From Candidatus Asgardarchaeum abyssi (GTDB taxonomy: Archaea; Asgardarchaeota; Asgardarchaeia; Asgardarchaeales; Asgardarchaeaceae), in assembly GCA_040225955.1 (NCBI GenBank), contig JBECUL010000027.1, positions 1-31,232 on the forward strand: a DNA stretch of 31,232 nt, given 5' to 3'. A program made the translations under genes and the position numbers. This document shows positions 1 to 11,871 of this stretch, piece by piece. Position 1 is the stretch's first letter. Every line of letters begins with the position of its first letter. Below the pieces are notes generated by a model that worked only from the letters and a program-made list of their open reading frames with translations, searched no databases and was not told the DNA's origin.

Positions 1-1064
1 TCTTATATTCACATCCAGAGATTGCAGAGCGAATAAAATTTGGAATAAACCTAGACATGGTTGGCGAAGATCAAGAAAAAACCAAGTCTATATTAACAAT
101 AGTAGATCCACCATTATCAAATTACTCCTTTATATCCTCAGCAATGGAGTACTTTATCTCAACAGTATCCGAAATGGGATTTGAACAGTTTGGCGGTTTA
201 GACTTTTTGCCTAAAATTAAATATAAGCGCACAAAATACATAGGGGGTAGTGATCATGCGGTCTTTGTTGATTCAACTTATGGCATTCCATTCACAGCCC
301 TAATCCAATGGCCAGACATCTTTTACCACTCAAGTAGTGATGATATTTCAAAAGTATCTCCAAATGTCCTTAAAATTATAGGGACTGCTGCACTATCCCT
401 AGCGTTATCTCTTGCAAATCCTTCAGTCATAGACGCTTATCTATTTGCAAATAGATTATATGTGGATATAATCCTAAAAATCGCTGAATACGAAAGACGA
501 TGTATCTCTGCAATTGAAAAATTTGATAATAAAAACGCTAAAGCTACGCTTAAAGCACTTTTGTATATTTTTCAAGAGCTGACTCAACTATATAACCAAG
601 CGTTTAATACAATCAGAGAATACACTAAAAATAATAGCGTAATTGATAGTATAATAAAAGCATACCTTGATCAGATTGAAAGAACTATCAAAGCTACTGA
701 AAATAAAATACACGAATTTGCAAAGCAGAAAAACATTGATTTAAGTTCTCTGACAATGACCGAAATTGAAAAAGATGCAAATAAAATTATTATTAAACGG
801 AACTTTAAATCTCTCTTCCCCTATAGAGATTTTATCAAGAAATTATCGGAAGAGAGACGCGAGTGGTATACAAAAAAGATGGAGGAGTCTCCATATCTTC
901 GTTCATTACTTGAAGAGCTATTTAATTTTGCAAATGGAAAATGGAGTTTATACCAGATATATAGCTTGCTAGTTGCAGAATATAGATCCTTTGAGTTAAA
1001 AGATTTATTAGAGATTACAAAAGACTTGGAGAAAACAGGCTATGTATCCTTCCTTTCTGCTTAG
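1..1064 (+). CDS. M28-family (DUF4910-like) Zn aminopeptidase with C-terminal winged-helix-like domain; 5' end truncated by the window
   Basis: The frame is open from base 3 (LYSHPEIAERIKFGINLDMVG), so the ATG at 57 is internal. Motifs INLDMVG, GGSDHAVF and WPDIFYHSSSDD are typical of M28/DUF4910 peptidases. Confidence 0.75.
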   Translation, partial: LYSHPEIAERIKFGINLDMVGEDQEKTKSILTIVDPPLSNYSFISSAMEYFISTVSEMGFEQFGGLDFLPKIKYKRTKYIGGSDHAVFVDSTYGIPFTALIQWPDIFYHSSSDDISKVSPNVLKIIGTAALSLALSLANPSVIDAYLFANRLYVDIILKIAEYERRCISAIEKFDNKNAKATLKALLYIFQELTQLYNQAFNTIREYTKNNSVIDSIIKAYLDQIERTIKATENKIHEFAKQKNIDLSSLTMTEIEKDANKIIIKRNFKSLFPYRDFIKKLSEERREWYTKKMEESPYLRSLLEELFNFANGKWSLYQIYSLLVAEYRSFELKDLLEITKDLEKTGYVSFLSA

Positions 1065-1080
1065 AAAGCATATCTATTAT

Positions 1081-2727
1081 CTATTTATTTTCTCTATTAT
1101 CCAGCACGGCCTTAATAAAAGCTACGTAAATAGGACTAGGTCTTAAAGGTCTTGATTTGTACTCTGGATGGAACTGTACGCCAACGGCCCAGAAATCTTT
1201 CAATTCAATAGCGTTAATAATTCTATTCCTCTCGTCTACCGCTGAAACAATTAATCCCTTTTCTTCAGCCATTTTAGCATACTCTGGAATAATATGATAT
1301 CTATGCCTAAATCTTTCCACTATAACTTTCTCCTTATATGCGTCAAACAGTTTCGTATTAGGCTTAATATAAATTTTATGACCTCCTAATCGCATAGTTC
1401 CTCCTTTCTCTACAATCTTTTTCTGTTCTGGAAGTAAATCTACAACGGGATAAGGGGTTTCTGGATCTATCTCCGTGCTATTTGCGTTTCTTAAATTTAA
1501 ATAGTTTCGACAGAATGCTATGAACATAATTTGAGCGCCAAAACATATTCCGAGAATTGGCTTTTTAATTTTCATAGCATAAGTGGCTGCCTTTATCATT
1601 CCCTCAACTCCACGTTTTCCAAAACCTGGTGTGAGTAAAACACCATCAATGTTATCTATTTCACTAAGCATTTTGTCATCGTCTTCTATTTTTTCAGAAT
1701 CTATAAATCTTAATTCAATACCAACATTATTTGCATAACCTGCATGCTTCAGCGCCTCATTTATACTGATGTAACTATCTTTGATTGTAACGTATTTCCC
1801 TACCAATCCAATGACGGCTTTGACTTTTAATTGCTTTATTCTATCAATGAACGCTTTCCATTCCTTGTAATTGCTTTGCCTCCTCTCCAGTTTTAAATAT
1901 TCAACTATTATATCTCCAAGACCCTGTTTTTCAAAAATTAGCGGCATCTCATATATGATATTAACATCAGGATTTGAGATTACTGCTCTTTTTTCAACGT
2001 TAGAGAATAAGCTTATTTTTGCTCTGGACTCGCTATCTATATATCGTTCTGCTCTACAAATGATTATATCTGGCTGCAACCCAGCACCCTGTAAGAATCT
2101 CACACTGTGCTGAGTGGGTTTTGTTTTAAACTGCCCAACTGTCTTCAAAAATGGAACATAAGTTACATGTATAAGAATAGCATTTTCTTTTCCAATTTCT
2201 AAAATAAACTGCCTTATGGCTTCTAAAAATGGCATCGACTCGATATCGCCTACTGTACCCCCAACTTCTACAATAAGTATATCTGGATTATTATAAGTAG
2301 CAACGTTCTTAATTCTTCTTTTTATCTCCCCAACTATATGTGGTATAATCTGTATAGTTTTTCCAAGATACTCACCAACTCTCTCCTTTAATATCACACT
2401 TAAGTATATCTGTCCACTTGTGACATTGTTCATTGGATGTAAATTTTGATCCAAGAATCTTTCATATGTGCCAAAATCTTGGTCTATTTCACAAATTCTA
2501 AATGTGAAGTTCCCTGCAGGAGTGAAGTTCCAGACTTGCTCAGTCACAAAAACTTCGCCATGTTCAATCGGATTCATAGTTCCAGCGTCAACGTTAAAAT
2601 ATGGATCTATTTTCATCATATCTATTTTATATCCTCTAAATTGTAACAACTTAGCGATAGAAGCCGCAGTAATACCCTTACCTAATCCGCTCATAACTCC
2701 TCCAGTAATAAAAATAAACTTAACCAT
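1081..2727 (-). CDS. pyrG: CTP synthase
   Basis: N-terminal FITGGVMSGLGKG, KIDPYFNVDAGTMNP, GGTVGDIES and KTKPTQHSV; glutaminase triad GICFG ... FHPE. Confidence 0.97.
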   Translation of the reverse strand: MVKFIFITGGVMSGLGKGITAASIAKLLQFRGYKIDMMKIDPYFNVDAGTMNPIEHGEVFVTEQVWNFTPAGNFTFRICEIDQDFGTYERFLDQNLHPMNNVTSGQIYLSVILKERVGEYLGKTIQIIPHIVGEIKRRIKNVATYNNPDILIVEVGGTVGDIESMPFLEAIRQFILEIGKENAILIHVTYVPFLKTVGQFKTKPTQHSVRFLQGAGLQPDIIICRAERYIDSESRAKISLFSNVEKRAVISNPDVNIIYEMPLIFEKQGLGDIIVEYLKLERRQSNYKEWKAFIDRIKQLKVKAVIGLVGKYVTIKDSYISINEALKHAGYANNVGIELRFIDSEKIEDDDKMLSEIDNIDGVLLTPGFGKRGVEGMIKAATYAMKIKKPILGICFGAQIMFIAFCRNYLNLRNANSTEIDPETPYPVVDLLPEQKKIVEKGGTMRLGGHKIYIKPNTKLFDAYKEKVIVERFRHRYHIIPEYAKMAEEKGLIVSAVDERNRIINAIELKDFWAVGVQFHPEYKSRPLRPSPIYVAFIKAVLDNRENK

Positions 2728-2919
2728 AGTAATCCACTTGTTTTTTAAAAATTTGGATTCATATAATTTAAACTTTTCACATCATTTTATATTATGACAT
2801 GACTAATAATTTAAAGTATATATGCGTCCTCTAATGTGGGATTTATGTTATTATAACAAAGTTTTGGGGCGCACTTTATTAAAGTATGAGATGGTGTCCA
2901 ATCATTGGAGATGGGGGTA

Positions 2920-4652
2920 ATGGGTAGAAAATGGCTATTACTTAGCACGTCTTTCCTATTATTTTGCCTTATAGTGTGTCATTAAGTAGCCAAAGCTTTG
3001 TTGAAGTCCCCTTAAATGATAAAATAATAGAAACTTCTAAAGAAACAGAGAATAATAATCCACAATTGTCAAATCGAAATACTGAAGCTACATCGTAGTG
3101 GAATAAGTCATTTGAATATAGAGTAAAAATCTCTATAACTGAAAGAGCAAATCTGAGCATTACACTATTCCCAATAAATGTATATCTTGAATTCAAGGAT
3201 ATGATCAATGTTACTTATGAAAAAGGAGGAATTCTTGAATTTTCAGCACTCTATAATCAATCAGAATCCAGCTATGGTATAGAAAATGGTTACCTTTATC
3301 TCTCAATACGTGAAACTGGTTATTCAACAGTCTTCAGTGAAAAAGGCGGTGGTATATATAATGCTATCATTAATTTCTCTGAACTTTATGTCACAAGATT
3401 TTCCGTAACGATATATGCGTCGCATCAAAACTTTTCTGATGTAAGCTTTCAATTTACATTAAATGTTACGCCGCAGCAAAGCTTTTTAACTGTTAATAAG
3501 CTTGAGTTTTCCGTAATTTGGGGTGAGAAGCCTACATTAATCGTAGAATTTACTGACAATTATGGAGATCCAATAACAGACGCTATTGTCACTGTTAATT
3601 GGACCGAAGCTGGATTGGTATTTTCTAGACAGGAGAATATATACGTTGCTACGATTAATACATCATTTGAAGAACCAGGAAACTATACACTTGTAATTTC
3701 AGCGTCTGCATTAAACTACAGATATCAACAAGTAATAATAAAACTACAACTCCTTATACCCTTAGAAATTGATATTCCGAAAATTGTTGAGAAATACTGG
3801 CTTGAGACAATCAACATAACAATGTATATACATGACCTATATAATAATAGGAGCCTAGATAATGCTGATGTGAAATATTTATGGGCCTTTGGCTCTGGTA
3901 ATTTCACTTTTATTGGCAGAGGCTTGTATATTTTGACATTAAACTTAACCCAATATCCAACTGGTGATTATAATGTCAATGTTACTATAATGAAGGAAGG
4001 TTATCCCACCGTACATGATAACTTCACTTTAAGAATACTTCCTGCTCCTATGAAATTTATTTACGTAGACATTCAATCTGGGAATGAACTTGAAATAGGT
4101 CAGAACTTAACGGTTAAAATACTCCTAGAGGAAACAGTTTTCGATAATCCACTAGATGATGCGAATGTAACAATGATAATATATTCCGAGGAAGAAGTTG
4201 TTGCTGTAGCTCAGTTTGACAACACCGGTAATGGCACTTACTTCTTATCATTTAATACGGAAAACTTATCCTTAGGTAGCTACTTAGTAGAAATTTATGC
4301 ATCAAAAGAGAATTATGCATCACCAAAAGCATATGTCTTTACGCTTCTAATAAAAGAGCAAACAGTGAACCTTGTTGTGGCGAGGATACCCGTGCCTACA
4401 CTCTATTTCTCATCAAGTGTCGCAATCTCCGCAATAGGCATATTCGGTGGTGGCCTATATGGATATAAATTATACAAAATACCATGGATTATCCGTGCAT
4501 TAGACAAAGTAATAAGAAATATCGCAAGGGGTAAGAAAACTATTGACTTCTCAAAATCCCCACAAATCGAAGATGTATTAAGAAATATCTTAGGTCCGGA
4601 ATTCTCAAAAATAGGACGAGAGCCACCGAGAAAGATAACTGAGGAAGTCTAA
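2920..4652 (+). pseudogene. Disrupted secreted, membrane-anchored surface protein (signal peptide, WWN..YR..I start, Ig-like beta repeats, C-terminal TM helix). The 483-aa ORF 3201..4652 is its intact 3' part.
   Basis: ATG 2920 gives a signal-peptide-like MGRKWLLLSTSFLLFCLIV, followed by a frameshift between 2946 and 2983. The downstream frame, in frame with 3201, reads ...EATS*WNKSFEYRVKISITE with TAG at 3096. The 3' ORF has G.Y-type beta repeats, many NxS/T sequons, a hydrophobic helix and a basic tail (KIPWIIRALDK). Confidence 0.7.
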
Positions 4653-5581
4653 TTATCTTTCATAATCATGCAAAAGTAATCTGTAATATTTTTTTTCTCT
4701 TTTTCAAGATATCTTGTAAGATTCCTTAAAATTCGTCTAATTATTTTTGTACCATATTTTCCTATGGCTGAACCTATCTGAACCGCATTGGCTCCCGTTG
4801 CAATAAATTCCAGAACATCTCTATAGTTGGTGATTCCCCCAACACCAATTATTGGTAAATCAGTTACTTTTCTCAACTCGTAAACTAATCGTAATGCAAC
4901 GTGTTTTATTGCAGGTCCAGAAAGACCTCCGACTTTAAACCCCAAAATAGGCTTTCCTATCTCTATGTCTATTGCTATTGCAGGGAGTGTGTTTATAGCC
5001 ACAAAACCGTCAATTCCCGAATCAATAGCACTTTTTGCCACATCAAGAAAGGACGGTATGTTAGTGTTTCCTGGTAATTTAATAAAAATAGGAATTCTTT
5101 TTACATTCTTTTTTACTTCCTCTATAACCTCTGCTGTAAGCCTTGCATCTAGACCTATATTAAGTATTTTTTCCTTCGAGTGCGGGCATGAAACATTCAC
5201 TTCGATGACATCAGCTCCAGAATTTTCTGCAACCTTAGCAACTCTTCCGTATCCTTCCGTATCATTTGCATAGATGCTCACAATAAGGGGCTTCTTGCAT
5301 ATCTTCTTAAATTTCTTTATTTCTTCTGAAAAAACATCTATTCCTGGATTACGTAAGCCTATCGCATTTATAAAACCACAAGGGACTTCTATAACATTTG
5401 GTCCGGGATGTCCTTCATTAGGATAAGGCCCAATGGATTTTGTAGTTACCGCTGCAAACCCCGCCTTTGCTAATCGGCAAAGAATTTCAGCATTTGTCCC
5501 TAAAATTCCCGAAGCTAAAATTAAAGGATTCTCTAATTGTATTCTACCTATTCTAACCTCAAGTAGACCTTCTTGTTTCAA
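4649..5581 (-). CDS. pyrD: Dihydroorotate dehydrogenase family 1B, catalytic subunit
   Basis: NPLILASG, VTTKS, NAIGLRNPG, NVSCPH, INT, GGLSG and IGVGGI motifs; operon context with pyrK nearby. Confidence 0.96.
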   Translation of the reverse strand: MKQEGLLEVRIGRIQLENPLILASGILGTNAEILCRLAKAGFAAVTTKSIGPYPNEGHPGPNVIEVPCGFINAIGLRNPGIDVFSEEIKKFKKICKKPLIVSIYANDTEGYGRVAKVAENSGADVIEVNVSCPHSKEKILNIGLDARLTAEVIEEVKKNVKRIPIFIKLPGNTNIPSFLDVAKSAIDSGIDGFVAINTLPAIAIDIEIGKPILGFKVGGLSGPAIKHVALRLVYELRKVTDLPIIGVGGITNYRDVLEFIATGANAVQIGSAIGKYGTKIIRRILRNLTRYLEKEKKNITDYFCMIMKDN

Positions 5582-5585
5582 TGTT

Positions 5586-6194
5586 TCAATCTCCTTTTAA
5601 GTAGTTAATGACCTCATCATATTTCTCTTTATTAATACACTTGCTATCATATAGAATATTAATAATATCGGTGATCTTAGCATAATAATGAAGTGTTATG
5701 CCCTCTTTCTTAAGTCTCTCAACAGCTCCCTGCTCTCTATCTATGAGAACAAATGCATGCTCTACTTTAAGTTTCTCTTGACGCAATTTTTCTGCACTTT
5801 CCAGCACACTCTTCCCAGTAGTTGCTATATCATCGACTATTATTACCTTATCACCAATCTCATAGACACCCTCGATCAATTTTCTTAGACCGTGCCCCTT
5901 TGTTTCCTTCCTTAGGTATATCAGAGGCTTTTTCATTTTATATGCTATTAAGGCTGAAATAGGAATTCCTGCTGTTGGAACACCTGCTATCCTATGAAAC
6001 TCAGTTTTCGAGTCGGCAATACTCTCTATATACAAATCAGTAATGAAATCAAAAACATCTGGGTATGAAGGAATTATTCTTAAGTCTACATAGAATGGAG
6101 ATTCCAAGCCACTAGTAAGAATAAAATGCCCAAACTTAATAGCTCCTATGTCGAATAACACTTTACTAAGTTTACGGACTTGCTCTTCTCTCAC
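5586..6194 (-). CDS. pyrE: Orotate phosphoribosyltransferase
   Basis: FGHFILTSGLESPFYVDLR, RKETKGHG and the PRPP-binding motif VDDIATTGKS. Confidence 0.96.
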   Translation of the reverse strand: MREEQVRKLSKVLFDIGAIKFGHFILTSGLESPFYVDLRIIPSYPDVFDFITDLYIESIADSKTEFHRIAGVPTAGIPISALIAYKMKKPLIYLRKETKGHGLRKLIEGVYEIGDKVIIVDDIATTGKSVLESAEKLRQEKLKVEHAFVLIDREQGAVERLKKEGITLHYYAKITDIINILYDSKCINKEKYDEVINYLKGD

Positions 6195-6923
6195 TATAAG
6201 CCCTCCAATTCTCTTGGGCTATAATTTTCGCAGATAACTCAATGTCATCGGAACTATATATTCTTCGACCAACTATTTCAAAGTCTGCCCCATTTCTAAT
6301 TGCAATTCCCGCCTTTGCACCTTGGGCGCCGATTCCTGGAGAGAGTATGAGCATTTCATCACTTAACATCTCTCTCACCAGTTTAATTTCTTCTGGTCTT
6401 GTTGCTGGTGCAATAACTCCTGTGGCTCCTACATTCACTGCAAGTTCCGTAAGTTCTTTAATATGGGGCTTGATAAATTTAATTGCACCCGGGTGCGACA
6501 TACTTACTAATAGAAAGACTGCCCTATTGTACTCCTCAGCTACTTTTATTACGTCCTTTACAGCATCCTCTCCTATTATAGCATGAACTATCAATGCATC
6601 AATTCCTGCATTATATGCATGTCTTGCTATCCATTTGTTTGTATTTCCAATGTCTGCGATTTTAAAATCGCCTATGATAGGTAGTTTTGTTCTTTGCTTC
6701 AATTCACCCACAATATCCAACCCAGTTGCTAAAATTAAAGGATATCCGACTTTAATAGCTGCTAAGTATTTTGATGCCAGTATAGCTATATTTAATGCCC
6801 TATTCCAAAGAATTCTTTTGTCTTCGTGTGTTTTTACATCTTGAGTTACATCTAATGCCAGTATTGTTCTAGATTTATTTTGGTGAGCCTTTTGCTCTAT
6901 TATGTCGATAAAGTTTTTACCTA

Positions 6924-6927
<4 letters not shown>
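6172..6927 (-). CDS. pyrF: Orotidine 5'-phosphate decarboxylase
   Basis: ILALD, KVG, DFKIADIGNT, MSHPG, PGIGAQG and IVGR motifs. Confidence 0.96.
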
Positions 6928-8483
<1,556 letters not shown>

Positions 8484-9851
8484 TTGGTGATTTGCTTGGG
8501 AGTTATCGATTTGATCATCGAAAACACCACGATTCCTACAGATGCTGGATTGGTGATAGGGAGCATTCTTATTGATGAGGGGAAGATACTGAAGGTCAAA
8601 AGGACCCCACTATTGGTTGATGCCGATGTGAGAATCGATGGCAATGGGCTAATAGCTCTTCCCGGGGCAGTGGATGTTCACGTTCATTTTAGAGACTTTG
8701 ACTTAGCTTACAAAGAAGATTTTTATTCGGGTAGTTGTGCAGCTGTAGCTGGAGGAGTTACTACAGTTTTTGATATGCCTAATACAAAACCTCCTGTTAA
8801 TAACTCATACTACTTGGAGCAAAGGATTTCTCTCGGGAAAATGAAATCTCTTACGAATTTTGCTTTTCACGTGGGTTATCCAGATAATGATAAAAATTTA
8901 GAAAAGGAACTTGTTGATATGTACGAACTGGGTGCAAGATCAATAAAACTCTATGCGTATGAGCATGACAACTTTAGCAATGTCCTTGAAAAAATAATCG
9001 AAGTTGTAAAGAAAAAAGGATTACGAGATTTCAGATTTTGCATACATGCTGAGGATAAGGCAATGATAGAGAAAAATGAAAAAACTCATGAGAGTCACAT
9101 AAAAGATCTGGAATATCACAATCTTGTAAGAAGCGAGTATGCAGAGGCAAAAGTTGTATCAGAAGTATTAAATATGGTTAGGAAACATAAAATTCCAGTT
9201 CACATATGCCATATATCCTCTCAACTGAGTATAAACCTACTTAAAGAAGCCAAAAAAGAGAAGCTACCTATAAGTACAGAAGTTACCCCTCATCATGTTT
9301 TCCTATATTTAGAAAAAGTAAAACCTATGGGACCTTTCGCAAAAACCAACCCACCTATTAGACCAAGAGAAACATCATTAAAACTGCTTGACGCTTTAAT
9401 AAATGGGCCAATCGACTTTATCTCAAGCGACCATGCACCTCATACATATAGAGAAAAAGAACGAGGAATTGACGATATCCGTGAAGCCCCGTCAGGAGTT
9501 GTTGGTGTTGAGACTTTACTCCCATTAATGTTTGATTTACTCTCTCGTGATATGATTACATTCTCACGTTTTCTTGAAGTGGTTTCCTATAAGCAGATTG
9601 AAACATTTAAAATCAAGAATAAAGGAGGCTTGACTTCTGGATATGATGCAGACCTCGTATTAATAGATCCAAAAACCGAGTGGACAATTAAAGGTGAAAA
9701 CCTACATGGAAGAACGAAGTTTACACCATTTGAGGGCCAAAAAGTTAAAGGATTAGTCAAATATACAATTGTTCAGGGGCTCCTAGTTTACGATAATGGA
9801 GATATACTTATTAAAAATGGCGTTGGCGAGTATATCGGAGAAGAGTGGTAA
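8484..9851 (+). CDS. pyrC: Dihydroorotase (true start possibly TTG 8511)
   Basis: DVHVHFRD, AGGVTTVFDMPNT, HICHIS, EVTPHH, NPPIR and SDHAPH; pyr cluster context. Confidence 0.92.
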   Translation: MVICLGVIDLIIENTTIPTDAGLVIGSILIDEGKILKVKRTPLLVDADVRIDGNGLIALPGAVDVHVHFRDFDLAYKEDFYSGSCAAVAGGVTTVFDMPNTKPPVNNSYYLEQRISLGKMKSLTNFAFHVGYPDNDKNLEKELVDMYELGARSIKLYAYEHDNFSNVLEKIIEVVKKKGLRDFRFCIHAEDKAMIEKNEKTHESHIKDLEYHNLVRSEYAEAKVVSEVLNMVRKHKIPVHICHISSQLSINLLKEAKKEKLPISTEVTPHHVFLYLEKVKPMGPFAKTNPPIRPRETSLKLLDALINGPIDFISSDHAPHTYREKERGIDDIREAPSGVVGVETLLPLMFDLLSRDMITFSRFLEVVSYKQIETFKIKNKGGLTSGYDADLVLIDPKTEWTIKGENLHGRTKFTPFEGQKVKGLVKYTIVQGLLVYDNGDILIKNGVGEYIGEEW

Positions 9852-9852
9852 C

Positions 9853-10620
9853 ATGAAGCTTTCTCATACACCCAAGATTGTTAAACTTGAGAGTATTAAA
9901 CAAGTGACACCCAGAGTAAAAATATTCTCATTTTACCAAGAGGAAATAGCTAAAAGGGCTAAACCGGGCCAATTTTTAATGATTTGGATACCCGGAATTG
10001 ATGAGATTCCAATGAGTGTGGCCAATGTAGAGAAGAATGGCCTAGTAACAATTGCTGTTGCAGCAGTAGGCGACGCAACAAGAGCTCTTCATAAAAAACA
10101 AGAGGGTGATGTAATTGGTGTCCGCGGTCCCTATGGTAATCACTTCGATATTAAAAAGTATTCAAGAATACTTATCGTTGCCGGGGGATATGGTGTAGCT
10201 CCTTTATCGTTTGCTGCAAAAGTTGCCTATGAAAATCATAAAAAGATAACATTTATTTACGGTGCCAAATGTAAAGAAGAACTCTTTTTCAGAGAAAAAA
10301 TTGAAAAATACTCCGAAAAAGTGGTTTATACAACAGAAGATGGCAGCCTTGGAATTAAGGGACTTGTCACAGATGCTTTTGATTATATAGACGATATTTC
10401 ATCTTTCGATACATGCTTAATTTGCGGTCCTGAGAATATGATAAAAGCCGTGTGGGATATTTGTAAAAAAGAGAAAATTAAAGTTCAAGCAAGTCTCGAG
10501 CGTTATATGATGTGCGGATTTGGAATATGTGGAAGCTGTGCTCTGGGACCATATCTCGTATGTAAAGACGGTCCTGTTTTTTCAACAAGACGGTTAAGAA
10601 TAATTGAGAAATTCTGGTAA
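9853..10620 (+). CDS. pyrK: Dihydroorotate dehydrogenase electron transfer subunit (ORF track starts at 9796; ATG 9853 just after the pyrC stop is more likely)
   Basis: PGQFLMIW, RGPYG, AGGYGVAP, CGPENM and the [2Fe-2S] motif MCGFGICGSC...VCKDGPVF. Confidence 0.93.
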   Translation: MKLSHTPKIVKLESIKQVTPRVKIFSFYQEEIAKRAKPGQFLMIWIPGIDEIPMSVANVEKNGLVTIAVAAVGDATRALHKKQEGDVIGVRGPYGNHFDIKKYSRILIVAGGYGVAPLSFAAKVAYENHKKITFIYGAKCKEELFFREKIEKYSEKVVYTTEDGSLGIKGLVTDAFDYIDDISSFDTCLICGPENMIKAVWDICKKEKIKVQASLERYMMCGFGICGSCALGPYLVCKDGPVFSTRRLRIIEKFW

Positions 10621-10688
10621 CACATACCTATTTATATGCATCCTACTTAAAAATAAGTATAAAAATCTGAAAGAATGATATTGCAAAG

Positions 10689-11109
10689 GTGTATTTGACT
10701 CGTATCGTCTTATTTTCTGTAATAATATACACAACAATAAACCTATCGCTTAGCAATCTTTTAGGGACTATGCATGATCTCTTAACAAGCTCCATTCTAT
10801 ACTGACCCTAAATATGGATTAGAACTAATAGTGCCTCCCCTTGAAATTATTGTTGCATTGGAAATAATACGAGGAATTCTCTACGTTATTATACTGTTGC
10901 CAGTGATCGCTACTACAAATCTAAGAGGAATGAAACTGGTAACTTATTTAACATTAATTCTAGCAGAAGTAGGCGCATATCCCGGCCTTATTATGAATCA
11001 AAGTTGGCCAGCATTTATGCGCTTTGTCCACGGAGTTGAAATTACCGCTGACTCCTTTTTCCAAAGTCTAGTTATTGTAAGGGTATTCTCAAAAAGGAAA
11101 TCTAAATAA
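10689..11109 (+). pseudogene. Fragment of a hypothetical membrane protein, probably frameshifted
   Basis: The hydrophobic 92-aa ORF (10831) extends upstream in frame (QAPFYTDPKYGLELIV) to a stop at 10783. A hydrophobic stretch in another frame (GTG 10689, YLTRIVLFSVIIYTTINLS) precedes it. Confidence 0.4.
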
Positions 11110-11408
11110 ACGTGACAATCACCATATTTTTCAAAGGCTCGTCCATTAAAGTATATATAAATCATTTAGATACTAATACCATTTCCAGATTTATACGCTC
11201 AAACAAATATCTAATGAAATTTAGTAAAAATTTTTGCTTTTTTATTTCTTTTTTCAAAAAAGATTACTGCTATTTGATGCTCTACCATGGCAAAACTCCA
11301 TAAGTAAGTTATTTTTGCTTTTAGCCTTCTTAAAAGCCTGTATTTCTGAGGGATAAAATTAAAAATATAATGTAGCATGAAAACTATTTACAACTACTAA
11401 TACATTAG

Positions 11409-11861
11409 GTGAGCTTATTGACAATTCTGAGAGTATCAAATCTTGATGTAGACAAAGTATGTGAGCTGCTTAGTACATCAGAATGCAAATTGATGAAGCA
11501 TTTTATTAGGAAGCTGAATCATTTAGCCGAAATGAAAACAACATCAGATGATGATAAAATTATACAACAACAATGTGAGGTAATTTCATTAATCATGAAA
11601 TACTTTGGTGCAGTCTTTTTATCAGAATTGAATCTTGTGGATAAAAATGCTAGCGAAAATAAATACCTACTAATTCCTGAGAATTCAGATGAGCCAAAAT
11701 TTGAATTTTACCTCCTTAAACTTAAAAATGGATATTTCGCATTTTCCGCCTACAGCACAAATACAGATAATAATAATTTTGAAATATATTTCATCTCAAA
11801 AGACTATGAGAAAGTAAAAAGAGTATTTAACGAATCACTCTCCCTAATTAAAGTAATTTGA
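11409..11861 (+). CDS. Hypothetical protein (150 aa), 10 bp upstream of cas6
   Basis: Protein-like ORF; GGTGA at 11408 suggests the true start is TTG 11418. No recognisable motif. Confidence 0.65.
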   Translation: MSLLTILRVSNLDVDKVCELLSTSECKLMKHFIRKLNHLAEMKTTSDDDKIIQQQCEVISLIMKYFGAVFLSELNLVDKNASENKYLLIPENSDEPKFEFYLLKLKNGYFAFSAYSTNTDNNNFEIYFISKDYEKVKRVFNESLSLIKVI

Positions 11862-11871
11862 AATAAAGGGA

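Noticed and set aside
3096-3098. In-frame TAG as pyrrolysine or stop-codon recoding
   Set aside because: It is accompanied by a frameshift, sits at an expected Trp (TGG>TAG), and TAG is used as a normal stop elsewhere in the window.
11112-11303. 63-aa ORF
   Set aside because: Low-complexity AT-rich sequence, no RBS or motif; probably spurious.
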